From NCBI GenBank assembly GCA_019057475.1, contig DXJO01000038.1, positions 59,725 to 123,724 on the forward strand: 64,000 nt of DNA, given 5' to 3'. Position numbers and translations under genes: made by a program. The notes under the pieces were generated by a model. That model was not told where the DNA came from. It saw only the letters and a list, made by a program, of their open reading frames with translations, and searched no databases. Shown here in pieces: positions 49,068 through 58,791 of this stretch. Source of the DNA: Candidatus Thorarchaeota archaeon (lineage in GTDB: Archaea > Asgardarchaeota > Thorarchaeia > Thorarchaeales > Thorarchaeaceae). Position 1 is the first letter of the stretch. Every line of letters starts with the position of its first letter.

Positions 49068-49186
49068 TGGCGCCGAGGATGAGATTTGAACTCATGAGTG
49101 CGAACACACTGATTAACTCGTATACCAGCATCCGAAGATGCAGGTTTTCAAGACCAGCGCCGTAGTCCGGGCTTGGCTACCTCGGC
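49068..49186 (-). tRNA. tRNA-Ser(TGA) with 32-nt intron at 37/38 (49115-49146)
   Basis: GCCGAGG/CCTCGGC acceptor, CTGGT-CTTGAA[intron]A-ATCAG, long variable arm, ATGAG-TTCAAAT-CTCAT, G73-CCA; intron hairpin GCATC-TTCG-GATGC. Confidence 0.93.
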
Positions 49187-49286
49187 TTTTTTGTCTGAGT
49201 ACTGAAATGGCTCAGGCAGCCCCACTTCCATTGGGAACTCCTTTTAAGCTTCATGCAGTCACACGAGCAGAAGGAGTGGTGCAGAT

Positions 49287-49718
49287 TTGGAGCGCGGCTT
49301 CAAATTTCATGAGCACACAGCAGATATCACCATAGAGTGTTGGGCACCAACGCTTGAGGAGGCATTCGAGCAAGCTGCACTTGCGTCCTTCGAGGTGATT
49401 CTTGACACCACGACTGTTAGACCGAATGAGTCAGTTGAAATCTCCGTTGAGGGGATCGACATGAAGGAGCTCTTGGTTGAATGGGTTGGTCGACTCATAT
49501 CTCTTATAGACATTGATTCTCAGTTCTATTCGCATTTCAAGGTGCATGAAATATCAGAGGTTTCTGCTGGATATCAACTCAAAGGAACTGCATTTGGTGA
49601 GCAAATTGACCTGCAGCGCCATGACACTCGAACTGAGGTGAAGGCCATGACATATGCCGACATGAGGATTGACCGTTCTCCAGAGAAGACAGCTCTATGG
49701 TTCACACTTGATCTCTAG
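49287..49718 (+). CDS. Archease (RtcB cofactor)
   Basis: EHTADI, EAF..AA.A, EVKAMTY, LDL C-terminus. Confidence 0.93.
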   Translation: MERGFKFHEHTADITIECWAPTLEEAFEQAALASFEVILDTTTVRPNESVEISVEGIDMKELLVEWVGRLISLIDIDSQFYSHFKVHEISEVSAGYQLKGTAFGEQIDLQRHDTRTEVKAMTYADMRIDRSPEKTALWFTLDL

Positions 49719-49729
49719 GAGGCTTATCA

Positions 49730-50587
49730 TTGGGACTTGATGTAGCGATTCCGGATACAGCACTTCGTGACTGTTCTGATCTCAGGGAAAAAACAATCAG
49801 AATCGGACGTATGGGACGGGCGTTTGCCATTTTCCGCGTGGAGCGCGTATTCGTCTACACAACCGAGATGTTGCCAGCAAGCCAAAAACACGACTCCGCA
49901 CTACTTCTGAAACTGCTGCGATTCATGGATACTCCGCAATACTTGCGCCGACGAGTGTTTCCCCATTCCCCTACACTCAAGTTTGCCGGACTACTTCCCC
50001 CGCTGCGAACTCGCAGTCATCCCTTATCAACTGATTATTCGGATCTATCGGTCGGAGATGTGCGTTGGGGTGCCCAAGCAAAGCCAGGGAAGATTGACTT
50101 GGGTTTGAAGGAATTCGCTAACTATCCACACCGCCTGCAGGGGAAAAGACCTGCATTGTTCCAAGTCGTTAAGACCACTCCTCGACTCCACTTAGAGGTA
50201 GTGGAGAGAGAGGAAATCGAAGAGTACTATGGATTTGAAGCCGAAAAGGTGGGCAGTTTGGTCACGCTTCTCAAAGACTCCGTAGGGGTAACCCGTATTG
50301 CTCTTTCAAGACACGCAACTCCTTACAGCAAACTTGAAAGTGAAATCAAGTCCACAGTTGCCGGGACCAAGTCCCTGCTGGCAATCTTTGGAGGTCCCCG
50401 CCATGGGGTAAGTGAGCTGCTAAGCAAGGAGAAGGGTCCTCTCAAGGAACATATTGATTTCTGGGTCAACACAGTACCTCAACAAGGCACTGAAACCGTA
50501 AGGCTTGAGGAAGCGATACTGACTAGTCTCACACTTTTCAACAATGCTGTAGGTAATCTGGTTGCAAAGCCTGGCTATCATCAATGA
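49730..50587 (+). CDS. SPOUT RNA methyltransferase (COG2106/DUF171)
   Basis: TPQYLRR, AGLLPPL, FGGP..G, NTVPQQGTETVRLEEA; usual neighbour of rpl3. Confidence 0.88.
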   Translation: MGLDVAIPDTALRDCSDLREKTIRIGRMGRAFAIFRVERVFVYTTEMLPASQKHDSALLLKLLRFMDTPQYLRRRVFPHSPTLKFAGLLPPLRTRSHPLSTDYSDLSVGDVRWGAQAKPGKIDLGLKEFANYPHRLQGKRPALFQVVKTTPRLHLEVVEREEIEEYYGFEAEKVGSLVTLLKDSVGVTRIALSRHATPYSKLESEIKSTVAGTKSLLAIFGGPRHGVSELLSKEKGPLKEHIDFWVNTVPQQGTETVRLEEAILTSLTLFNNAVGNLVAKPGYHQ

Positions 50588-50816
50588 AATAGATCGAAAC
50601 CTGCCTTTTGAGAGAACATAATAAGCCACAGCAAAACTGCGGCTAATTGATTTTGAGAGTTTCCAGTAGACTGCTTCCTGTACGGTTTGGTCGGTGGGGA
50701 AGGGTTAAAAACAGACTCTTGTTCTGCGCGCGTTGTAGTAAGAATAGCACAGTCCACAAATTACGATGCTCTTTGTATTGTTGGAGGCTGAGCTGCAAAA
50801 CTACAGGTGATTACAT

Positions 50817-51824
50817 ATGGCTCACAGAAAGAAGCATGCGCCAAGAAGAGGAAGCCTCGCTTTTCTTCCTCGAGGCAGAGCCGCCAAGTTTGTGCCCAGG
50901 ATAAAGAATTGGCCATCGTGGGAAGGTAAAGAACCACGATTGCTGGGTTTTGTTGGCTACAAGGCTGGGATGACTCATGCAGTCTACACCATAGAGCATC
51001 CCGATAGTCCCTACTTAGGCCAAGAGAAGATAATGCCAGTCACGGTGATTGATACCCCGCCCGTTAAGCCCTTCTCAATGCGTGGCTATACTGCTACCCC
51101 CTATGGTCTGAAATTGGACATGGAGGTAATGGCGGACAATCTCTCTGAAGATCTTCGAAAGGCAATGCCTTTGCCGATGAAGTACGATCATAAGACCAAG
51201 ATGAAGGAGTTCGAGTCCAAGCTCGACTCATTTGTTGAGATTCGCATGCTGGTTCATACCCAACCCAGACTTGCGGGAGTATCCAAGAAGAAGCCCGATA
51301 TTATGGAATACAAGGTAGGCGCATCATCTGTGCAGGATGCGTTCGAATACGCAAAGGGCATACTTGGCGCCGACGTACGTGTCGCTGACATCCTGAATGA
51401 GGGAACCTTGATTGATTCTATTGCTGTGACAAAGGGTCATGGATTCCAGGGTCCAGTGCGGCGTTGGGGTGTCAGAATACTCCAGCATAAGTCGCGAAAG
51501 ACGAAGCGTGGTGTGGGTTGCATCGGCCCTTGGACACCCTCCAATATTCGGTACAGTGTTCCACGACCCGGCCAAACAGGTTTTCACTCGCGCACCAGCT
51601 TTAACAACGAAGTTCTAAGGATCGGTGAACGAGGTGAAGAAATCACACCTTCAGGCGGTTTCGTGAACTACGGAATAGTGCGTGGCGATTATGTCATACT
51701 ATGGGGCTCTGTGCCTGGTACGGTGAAAAGACCGATACGGCTCAGATTTGCTATTCGTCCCAAGCCATCACACAAGGGAATGGTAACGCAAGTCAGCTAC
51801 ATCAGCACTGCGTCGAAACAATAG
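50817..51824 (+). CDS. rpl3: 50S ribosomal protein L3
   Basis: PRRGSLAFLPR, GYKAGMTH, KGHGFQGPV.RWG, GSVPG. Confidence 0.97.
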   Translation: MAHRKKHAPRRGSLAFLPRGRAAKFVPRIKNWPSWEGKEPRLLGFVGYKAGMTHAVYTIEHPDSPYLGQEKIMPVTVIDTPPVKPFSMRGYTATPYGLKLDMEVMADNLSEDLRKAMPLPMKYDHKTKMKEFESKLDSFVEIRMLVHTQPRLAGVSKKKPDIMEYKVGASSVQDAFEYAKGILGADVRVADILNEGTLIDSIAVTKGHGFQGPVRRWGVRILQHKSRKTKRGVGCIGPWTPSNIRYSVPRPGQTGFHSRTSFNNEVLRIGERGEEITPSGGFVNYGIVRGDYVILWGSVPGTVKRPIRLRFAIRPKPSHKGMVTQVSYISTASKQ

Positions 51825-51841
51825 CGGGAGGATGACAAGTT

Positions 51842-52630
51842 ATGGCAAGCGCAAAAATATACTCGTTGAAGGGAAAGGGCGGCGAGAAAGTAAAACTTCC
51901 GTCACAGTTTGATACGCCTTACAGACCTGATGTCATCAAGAGGGCCGTGCTCGCTGTTCAATCGCGCAGACGGCAGCCACATGGTGTCGATGAGCTGGCT
52001 GGGAAGAAGAATACAGCCCAGAGTTGGCAGACCGGACATGGCAGGTCAAGAATGCCTCGAGTGAAGGGCAGCGGTACCGGTGCAGCCAACAAGGCCGCAT
52101 TCGCGCCCGGAACTGTTGGTGGACGTGTGGCTCATCCTCCTGAGGCCAGAAAGGTCATCATTGAGCGAATAAATGTGAAGGAGAACAGACTCGCGATACG
52201 GTCAGCTATTGCTGCCACCGCAGTTCGCAAGACTGTTAGCGGTCGAGGTCATAAGGTTGATTCTGTGCCAGAGTTTCCACTGATTGTAAGTGACAAGCTC
52301 GAGTCATTGGAAACCACAAAGGAATTCCGATCAATTGCTTCTGCTCTTGGATTGGGCGAAGATCTCACCCGTGCAGTAAAGGGCCGGGGTATCCGAGCCG
52401 GAAAAGGTAAGATGCGGGGCCGCAAGATGAAGACGCCGAAATCCTTCCTCGTTGTAGTAGGTCGGGATTCGGGGGTTGGCTTGGCAGCACGGAACCTCCC
52501 TGGTGTGGATGCTGTTGAGGTACATGGGCTGAATGCCGATCTTCTGGCTCCAGGAACTCATCCTGGCCGCCTTGTACTCTGGACCAAGTCAGCAATTGAC
52601 CGCTTAGGCGCGGAGGAGCTTTTTCTGTGA
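51842..52630 (+). CDS. rpl4: 50S ribosomal protein L4
   Basis: RPDVIKRAV, GGRVAHPP, RAGKGKMRGR, LAPGTHPGRL. Confidence 0.97.
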   Translation: MASAKIYSLKGKGGEKVKLPSQFDTPYRPDVIKRAVLAVQSRRRQPHGVDELAGKKNTAQSWQTGHGRSRMPRVKGSGTGAANKAAFAPGTVGGRVAHPPEARKVIIERINVKENRLAIRSAIAATAVRKTVSGRGHKVDSVPEFPLIVSDKLESLETTKEFRSIASALGLGEDLTRAVKGRGIRAGKGKMRGRKMKTPKSFLVVVGRDSGVGLAARNLPGVDAVEVHGLNADLLAPGTHPGRLVLWTKSAIDRLGAEELFL

Positions 52631-52641
52631 GGTGATATGAG

Positions 52642-52905
52642 ATGAGAGATCCAAATCAAGTAATCATTCGACCAGTAGTGACTGAAGCATCTCTTGAAGC
52701 AGTCGACTCACACAACAAGCTCGTCTTCTTTGTAAATCGCAAGGCTAACAAGAATACGATAAAGTGGGCTGTAGAATCTCTCTACGATGTCGTTGTAGAG
52801 AAGGTCAACACACTGATTATGATTGACGGAACAAAGAAAGCATTCGTGCGATTGGCACCGGAGTACAGTGCCGCCGATGTCGCAACCCAACTGGGGATAT
52901 TCTAA
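52642..52905 (+). CDS. rpl23: 50S ribosomal protein L23
   Basis: P.VTE, NKLVF.V, KVNTL, KKAFVRL. Confidence 0.96.
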   Translation: MRDPNQVIIRPVVTEASLEAVDSHNKLVFFVNRKANKNTIKWAVESLYDVVVEKVNTLIMIDGTKKAFVRLAPEYSAADVATQLGIF

Positions 52906-52917
52906 GGAGGCCATAAA

Positions 52918-53637
52918 ATGGGTAGAAGAATTCTTGTTCAGCGCAAGGGCAGAGGCACCACTCAGTGGCGATCCCCACGACATCTGAAAATCGCGCCCGC
53001 GAAACACCCCAAGTGGGCTCCTGACAAGACCTACGTAGGTCAAGTCATGGATTTGCTCCACGAATCGGGCAGAGGTGCGCCTCTCGCAAAAATCAAGTAT
53101 GAAGGCGAGTCCAAACTTCATTACATAATGGCCCCAGAGGGCGTTCAAGTAGGTCAAACAATCGTGTGCGGTGAGAATGCCGCTCTTGCCAATGGCAATA
53201 CACTGATGCTGGAATACATTCCTGAAGGCACCCCGATTTACAACATTGAGGGCAGTCCGGGCGATGGTGGCAAATATGTGCGTTCATCAGGTCTGGCTGC
53301 AAGCATAGTTTCCATCGATAAGTCAAAAGCAGTAGTACGTCTGCCAAGCGGCCGCCAGAAGATATTCAGCCCGCGGTGCAGGGCCACGATTGGCATTGTC
53401 GCTGGTGGTGGTCGCCCGGAGAAACCTTTCCTGAAGGCTGGCGCGGTCTTCCATCATGTCCGTGGAAAAGCCCGGAAATGGCCGGTGGTCCGAGGAGCAG
53501 CAATGAACGCTTGCTCTCACCCGCATGGTGGTGGCTCTCATCAATCTCCCGGTAGACCAAGCACTGTGAGTAGACATGCACCTCCTGGCCGGAAGGTCGG
53601 TAACATAGCTGCTAGAAGAACTGGCAGAAAGAAGTAG
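52918..53637 (+). CDS. rpl2: 50S ribosomal protein L2
   Basis: MGRRILVQRKGRG, GRGAPLA, HPHGGG, PPGRKVG.IAARRTG. Confidence 0.97.
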   Translation: MGRRILVQRKGRGTTQWRSPRHLKIAPAKHPKWAPDKTYVGQVMDLLHESGRGAPLAKIKYEGESKLHYIMAPEGVQVGQTIVCGENAALANGNTLMLEYIPEGTPIYNIEGSPGDGGKYVRSSGLAASIVSIDKSKAVVRLPSGRQKIFSPRCRATIGIVAGGGRPEKPFLKAGAVFHHVRGKARKWPVVRGAAMNACSHPHGGGSHQSPGRPSTVSRHAPPGRKVGNIAARRTGRKK

Positions 53638-53765
53638 AACTGAAAACCTCTCTTCTCGTTCTCTTCGCCCTTGCTGTTGAAACAGTACTAGGCCATCCAC
53701 GATGCTGCCCTTGTAATATCCACATTCATATCTCGCGAATATCTCTTCAATCTAGAGGACCTTCT

Positions 53766-53951
53766 ATGCGTTTGATTGCTGTGCATCTCCCTGAACGATA
53801 TGTATCGGATCTTCAGGTTCTGATAGACAAGAACCTCTATCCTAATCGCTCCGAGGTCATCCGTATTGCGATACGTGATTTGCTGAAACGCGAACTCTGG
53901 GAGCACGGTACGATTGGCCGGAAAGAGACAAGCGAGGCAATGGGACAGTGA
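53766..53951 (+). CDS. Ribbon-helix-helix regulator (CdrS-like)
   Basis: IAVHLPE...L..L.....YPNRSEVIR.AIRDLL; overlaps the ftsZ start. Confidence 0.85.
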   Translation: MRLIAVHLPERYVSDLQVLIDKNLYPNRSEVIRIAIRDLLKRELWEHGTIGRKETSEAMGQ

Positions 53952-55240
53952 AATCGTGGATTGACTCTGCACGGGATCACAGTCGCGGAGAGAGGTCATC
54001 ATTAACGACTCGTGATATGGGGCAGGCTCGGATTGTAGTCGTTGGGTGCGGCGGTGCCGGCAACAACACAATCAAGCGCTTGATGACTATTGGGATTCAA
54101 GGCGCGGAATGTGTGGCCATCAACACCGATAAGCAGCATCTCGCAGTCACAACTGCCCACAGGAAACTCCTGATTGGAGAGCGAATTACCCGTGGTCTTG
54201 GTGCAGGTGGTTATCCCCATGTTGGCCAAGCAGCGGCTGAAGAATCAACACATCAAATCACGGAACTTCTTCGCGATGCAGACCTGGTTTTCATAGCTGC
54301 AGGCCTCGGTGGTGGCACGGGTACTGGAAGTGCGCCTGTAGTCGCAGAGATTGCCAAGAACAACGACGCGATAGTCGTTGGTGTTGTCACCATGCCTTTC
54401 AAGCTGGAGCGGACACGTATTGACAAGGCAAATGCGGGATTGGCCAGACTACAAGAGAACGCCGATACAGTAGTCGTTATCGATAATCAGAAGCTGATGG
54501 AACTTGTCCCGGACCTTCCGCTTGAGGAAGCATTCGGAGTTGCTGATGAGGTTTTGGCTGGGATGGTCAAGGGCATAACTGAAACTATCACAATGCCAAG
54601 TCTGATCAATCTTGACTATGCAGATGTTCGCACAATAATCTGTAATGGGGGAGTGGCATTAGTTGGCCTTGGCGAGGCAACAGGCGAGAATAGAGCCGAG
54701 TCTGCAATACGAAATGCACTAACTAGCCCGTTGCTTGAGGTTGAATGGAGCGGAGCTACAGGCGCTCTGATTCATATAACAGGCGGTCCGGATATGTCCC
54801 TTGCTGAGGCGAATAATGTCGGCGAGCTAGTTTCTGAGAAGATGAGTGCGAATGCAAATGTCATCTGGGGCGCTAGGGTAGATCCCCGGCTGAGTGGAGT
54901 ACTTCGCGTAATGCTTATACTCACTGGAGTCAAGAGTCCACAGCTGTTGCCACGTTCGAAAGAGGAGTCTGGAATAGCTACGGCCACCAGGCGTCTGGCA
55001 GAGTTTGGAGTCATTTCAGCACACGAAACCATTCCCGAACCCCGCGGGGTCCGTGCAAAAGTTCATGATATTGGCAAAGCACCATCGCTTTCACGCCGGC
55101 CTTCCTGGGAGGAACGCCTTAAGCCCCTTGAGAAACGACTTGCAGGACGCGCACGCAAGGATAAACTCGAACTACCAAAGAAGAAAGCCGAGGAGTTGGG
55201 CCTTCGAAAAATCTTCGAAAGAAAGCGTGAACCTGTTTGA
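53948..55240 (+). CDS. ftsZ: Cell division protein FtsZ
   Basis: GCGGAGNN, GLGAGG, GLGGGTGTG tubulin signature, NLDYADV. Confidence 0.97.
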   Translation: MKSWIDSARDHSRGERSSLTTRDMGQARIVVVGCGGAGNNTIKRLMTIGIQGAECVAINTDKQHLAVTTAHRKLLIGERITRGLGAGGYPHVGQAAAEESTHQITELLRDADLVFIAAGLGGGTGTGSAPVVAEIAKNNDAIVVGVVTMPFKLERTRIDKANAGLARLQENADTVVVIDNQKLMELVPDLPLEEAFGVADEVLAGMVKGITETITMPSLINLDYADVRTIICNGGVALVGLGEATGENRAESAIRNALTSPLLEVEWSGATGALIHITGGPDMSLAEANNVGELVSEKMSANANVIWGARVDPRLSGVLRVMLILTGVKSPQLLPRSKEESGIATATRRLAEFGVISAHETIPEPRGVRAKVHDIGKAPSLSRRPSWEERLKPLEKRLAGRARKDKLELPKKKAEELGLRKIFERKREPV

Positions 55241-55329
55241 GATGTCTGACGTCAGAGCTGTAGACCTTATTTGGACTAGACTTGGCTGAAGATTTATCGC
55301 ATTGGCATTATCTTGTGCATATCATATAA

Positions 55330-55764
55330 TCATGCAAGACCGTGTTCTTCAAGCCATGAATCTGCGATTTCCTTCACACGCTCGTAGAGCGGTCCTGTTC
55401 CATCGACTCCTTCTGAGGTTATCCTGATCTTGTTCATGACCAGCACCGTGCCAGTGTCTGCATAATAGCGAACGCCACCGGGCGGAAACTGTTTCTCAAG
55501 CTGCCTGGCCAAGCCTTCGAGGCTCACCTCAATCTCAGCAACTGAGAATGACACTATGCTTTTGCCATAGATGAAGATCTTTGGAGTCTTGGATTCATCC
55601 TCATGATCGACAACGTCGGACAGGATTATGCTCAGTGAGTTCTGATCGAACCCCTTCAGAGTGCCTGTGTACTTCTTACCATTGCTCAGCACGACGTCAA
55701 CTGTCGCGCCCATGACCGCTGCGATTTCGCGGTTGAATGCTCTTAACGCTGCAACTTCAGACAT
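55330..55764 (-). CDS. Long Lsm/Sm-like protein (SmAP3-type, Sm fold plus C-terminal domain)
   Basis: V.V.LSNGKKY.G.L.GFD..SL.I.L; extra ~70-aa C-terminal domain. Confidence 0.85.
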   Translation of the reverse strand: MSEVAALRAFNREIAAVMGATVDVVLSNGKKYTGTLKGFDQNSLSIILSDVVDHEDESKTPKIFIYGKSIVSFSVAEIEVSLEGLARQLEKQFPPGGVRYYADTGTVLVMNKIRITSEGVDGTGPLYERVKEIADSWLEEHGLA

Positions 55765-55979
55765 CTAATATCACCTTACAGGTCTAGACTGCTATACTGA
55801 AGGCGGCCGGTCACTGGTTTTAAAACTGTCCATACAGCCGGAGCATTCAGAATCTCCTGTTTCAGAGGATTTGACCATTAGATTGCATTAACTACCGTAG
55901 CTCTAGTATTGCTATTCAACCTCAATCCGGAGTAGAATGAGGTGTCATAGAGAATGGATTATTAGTTTCTTAGTTAGGA

Positions 55980-56834
55980 ATGGGAGGTGTGAGTATTTTG
56001 AATCCGGCTGGAAAGCACTTCGCATTGCAGTACCTGCGTGAGGAAACTCTCCAATCCCCCTTTTGTCCCGGTTGCGGCAACGGGATCATCACGAACTGCT
56101 TCTTCAAAGCTGTGAGCGACCTAGGACACGACGACCTGAGCAAGTTTGCATTTGTGTCCGGTATCGGATGTGGAGCGTGGATTCCATCCCCCCACTTTCG
56201 TGCTGATACGCTGCACACTACTCATGGCCGTGCAATTGCCTTTGCTACCGGTCTCAAGTTCGCTCGTCCGGAGCTAGAGGTTGTGGTAATCAGCGGTGAT
56301 GGCGACCTTGCTGCCATTGGAGGCAACCATCTCATCCACGCGGCACGCAGGAACATTGACCTGACAGTCATCTGCAGTAACAACTTCATCTATGGCATGA
56401 CTGGGGGGCAAGTTGGTCCGACAACATTCTATGGTGATAGGACCAGCACAACGCCATATGGCAATCCAGAACGTCCCTTTGACCTCTCGCGCTTGGTAGC
56501 AGCTGCGGGGGCGAACTACGTGGCAAGATGGACGACAGCCCATCCCAATCAAGCTGCTCGTTCCATGAAGACTGCACTCGAACGAAAAGGGTTCACATTC
56601 ATAGAAATGGTGAGTCAATGTCCCACTGCATATGGACGCAGGGCCAAGACCGGTGACTCTACGGAAATGCTGAAGTGGTTCAAGAATCTTCCAGTCCGAA
56701 AGAAAGGTGAGGCAATAGAACACACAGTTCCGACTCATCAAGGCATGGACCTCGGCGTGTTCGCAGACCGCCATGAGCCAGAATTCACAGAAGCGATGGA
56801 GCAGACGTTTGGACAACTGGGTGAAATCAGATGA
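55980..56834 (+). CDS. 2-oxoacid:ferredoxin oxidoreductase beta subunit
   Basis: FCPGCG, SGIGC, HTTHGRA, GDGD, NN.IYGMTGGQ. Confidence 0.93.
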   Translation: MGGVSILNPAGKHFALQYLREETLQSPFCPGCGNGIITNCFFKAVSDLGHDDLSKFAFVSGIGCGAWIPSPHFRADTLHTTHGRAIAFATGLKFARPELEVVVISGDGDLAAIGGNHLIHAARRNIDLTVICSNNFIYGMTGGQVGPTTFYGDRTSTTPYGNPERPFDLSRLVAAAGANYVARWTTAHPNQAARSMKTALERKGFTFIEMVSQCPTAYGRRAKTGDSTEMLKWFKNLPVRKKGEAIEHTVPTHQGMDLGVFADRHEPEFTEAMEQTFGQLGEIR

Positions 56835-57358
56835 GAACGGAGATTCGCATCGCTGGGACTGGCGGAATGGGAGTAGTACTCGCAGGTGTTATTGTGGGAG
56901 AAGCTGCTGTTGTGCACGGCGGACTCAATGCAGTTCAGAGCCAGAGCTATGGTTCTGAGGCAAGGGGCACTGCAGCGAAGAGCGAGGTAATCGTGAGCGA
57001 CGGGCCAATTAGGTATCCAAAGGTGCGCAAAGCCGATTACACGGTTCTAATGTCACAAAAGGCCCTCGAGATGTACCTTAAGGATGCCAGAGAGGATGGA
57101 GTTCTGATAGTCGACCCCGATCTGGTCAGGACCGATGATATCGAAGGCGCCTACGAGGTTGTCAAAGTACCCGCCATGAGGATTGCCGATAATCTTGGTC
57201 TTCGGCTGATTTCGAATATGGTGATGCTGGGCGCGTTAGTGAAGAAATCAGGGCTCTTCGATTTGGAGGTTCTGGAGAAGGCTGTCGCGGACGTTGTGCC
57301 AGAGAAAACTCTTGATCTGAATCTGCAGGCAATCCGAGCCGGTGCTGACTTAGTTTAA
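56831..57358 (+). CDS. 2-oxoacid:ferredoxin oxidoreductase gamma subunit
   Basis: EIRIAG.GG.GV, QSYG.EARG, NMVMLGA. Confidence 0.93.
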   Translation: MRTEIRIAGTGGMGVVLAGVIVGEAAVVHGGLNAVQSQSYGSEARGTAAKSEVIVSDGPIRYPKVRKADYTVLMSQKALEMYLKDAREDGVLIVDPDLVRTDDIEGAYEVVKVPAMRIADNLGLRLISNMVMLGALVKKSGLFDLEVLEKAVADVVPEKTLDLNLQAIRAGADLV

Positions 57359-57654
57359 CCGCCGTGAACTAAAGGCAGGACGATTATTTCGTCCCCGTCA
57401 CTCAACTCTGTTTCAAGCCCACCAGTAAGCCCAACGTCAACTTCATTCAAGAGAACAAGTGCCTCACTATCAATGGATTCAGGAGTGTTCCATATCTCAC
57501 TGACGTTTTTTTCCTTCTGTAACAACTCCTCAAGCAGATTATGGAGGGTCGCATTCTCTCTTACTTCAACGTGGAAGACCGGTGTTCGCATCCGTTTGCC
57601 TACAGGGCCTCGAAATCTGATTGCCACCCGCATATGCATCTCTTCCACATTCAC
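57355..57654 (-). CDS. Ubiquitin-like sulfur carrier (MoaD/SAMP/Urm1 family)
   Basis: LVLLNEVD...GLET.L.DGDEI..LP.VHGG with C-terminal di-Gly. Confidence 0.9.
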   Translation of the reverse strand: MNVEEMHMRVAIRFRGPVGKRMRTPVFHVEVRENATLHNLLEELLQKEKNVSEIWNTPESIDSEALVLLNEVDVGLTGGLETELSDGDEIIVLPLVHGG

Positions 57655-58604
57655 ATTCTGAATGATTGTTTCAAGACCTCAGGATTGAGGCTACCCGCCT
57701 TGTACGTCTTCCCTGTCTTGATATCATTGATTGTTATCTCAGCCGGGCTGAAGAATAGTGGGTCCACCTTGTAGAAATCGAACCCGAAAGCCTTGAAGAG
57801 GTCATAGAAGGGCTGCCCGTACTGAGAGGATGCAGATGACGGAGCTTTCTCTATTAAATCTGCTAGGTCATCATCATCGTCTGGCTCCACGAAGTAGAAG
57901 GTTTTTCCACCATACAGAATGCAGTCGTTTGTGACACCCATAGCTCTGTTATCGTTCTTGGCCACCGGAGCTATGGGAGCTACTCCGTGTGCAGTCCTAA
58001 TCTTATCAAGATTATAGGCTAACTTGTGAAGCTTGTGTATTCCCACTTCAACAATCCGCGACGATATCTGTACAGAACCTGCTAGGCTAGCAGTTGGAAC
58101 CATGATGCAGAATAAATCCGCAGGAGAGATACCACATTTGCCTGCTATGAACTCTGTGACATTTTCGGAAGGCGCAGTTCTTGTTTCGAGCACTATCACG
58201 CCCCGCTTTGCTCTGTCGCGATATTCCAGCTCATCATACAGCTTTTCTGTTACAGCAAGAGCTCTAGCTGGTCCTGACCCCACTGCGATGTACTTGTCAA
58301 CCTTAATGGTCCATCCCGCGTGCTGTGAGCCCATTGTGGCAATCTTGGGATTATCTGTGTTGACAATGACAGCAGGGAGCGTGAGGTCTCCGATATGTGT
58401 TTCAGTAACTCTGACCGTGCCCAAGCCTCCCAGGCATGTCTCGCCAATGAGCCTACCAGCCTCGACACTCCCGGGGCAATCTATGCCTGCATCAATCAGA
58501 GTTGTTCCGTTGTCGAGCTCACTCACTGAACATTCGAGGTCCTCTTGTCCATCAATAATCTCCTTCACAATCTCAAGGGCCTTCTTGTTCACGCTCAACG
58601 TCAT
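57651..58604 (-). CDS. mch: Methenyltetrahydromethanopterin cyclohydrolase
   Basis: LSVN..A, IDAG, CLGGLG, GSQ.AGW, GSGPARAL, SLAGSVQISSR.VE, ND.ILYGG, DFYKVDP.FFSPA. Confidence 0.94.
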   Translation of the reverse strand: MTLSVNKKALEIVKEIIDGQEDLECSVSELDNGTTLIDAGIDCPGSVEAGRLIGETCLGGLGTVRVTETHIGDLTLPAVIVNTDNPKIATMGSQHAGWTIKVDKYIAVGSGPARALAVTEKLYDELEYRDRAKRGVIVLETRTAPSENVTEFIAGKCGISPADLFCIMVPTASLAGSVQISSRIVEVGIHKLHKLAYNLDKIRTAHGVAPIAPVAKNDNRAMGVTNDCILYGGKTFYFVEPDDDDDLADLIEKAPSSASSQYGQPFYDLFKAFGFDFYKVDPLFFSPAEITINDIKTGKTYKAGSLNPEVLKQSFRM

Positions 58605-58791
58605 TTCAACAACCTCCCAGCATGTGTTCGTTCTTGGATGTACGTATGTATACCTCTTTTCAAGCAACTACGATGGGAAATTGGGCAAGTATCAGATCCA
58701 CCTGCACAGCCTGTTCAAGTGAACCGAAACGCCGTGAGTCGAGCGGTGAGAAAAGTTTATCTCCGTTGTCAGTTGGCACACCGCTAGCAAT

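Larger units (their letters stand above)
46916..49086. mobile_element. Integrase-free island bounded by a direct repeat of the tRNA-Ser 3' end
   Basis: TGGCGCTGAGGATGAGATT (46916-46934) matches 49068-49086 at 18/19; the interior is visibly more AT-rich than the flanks. Confidence 0.8.
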
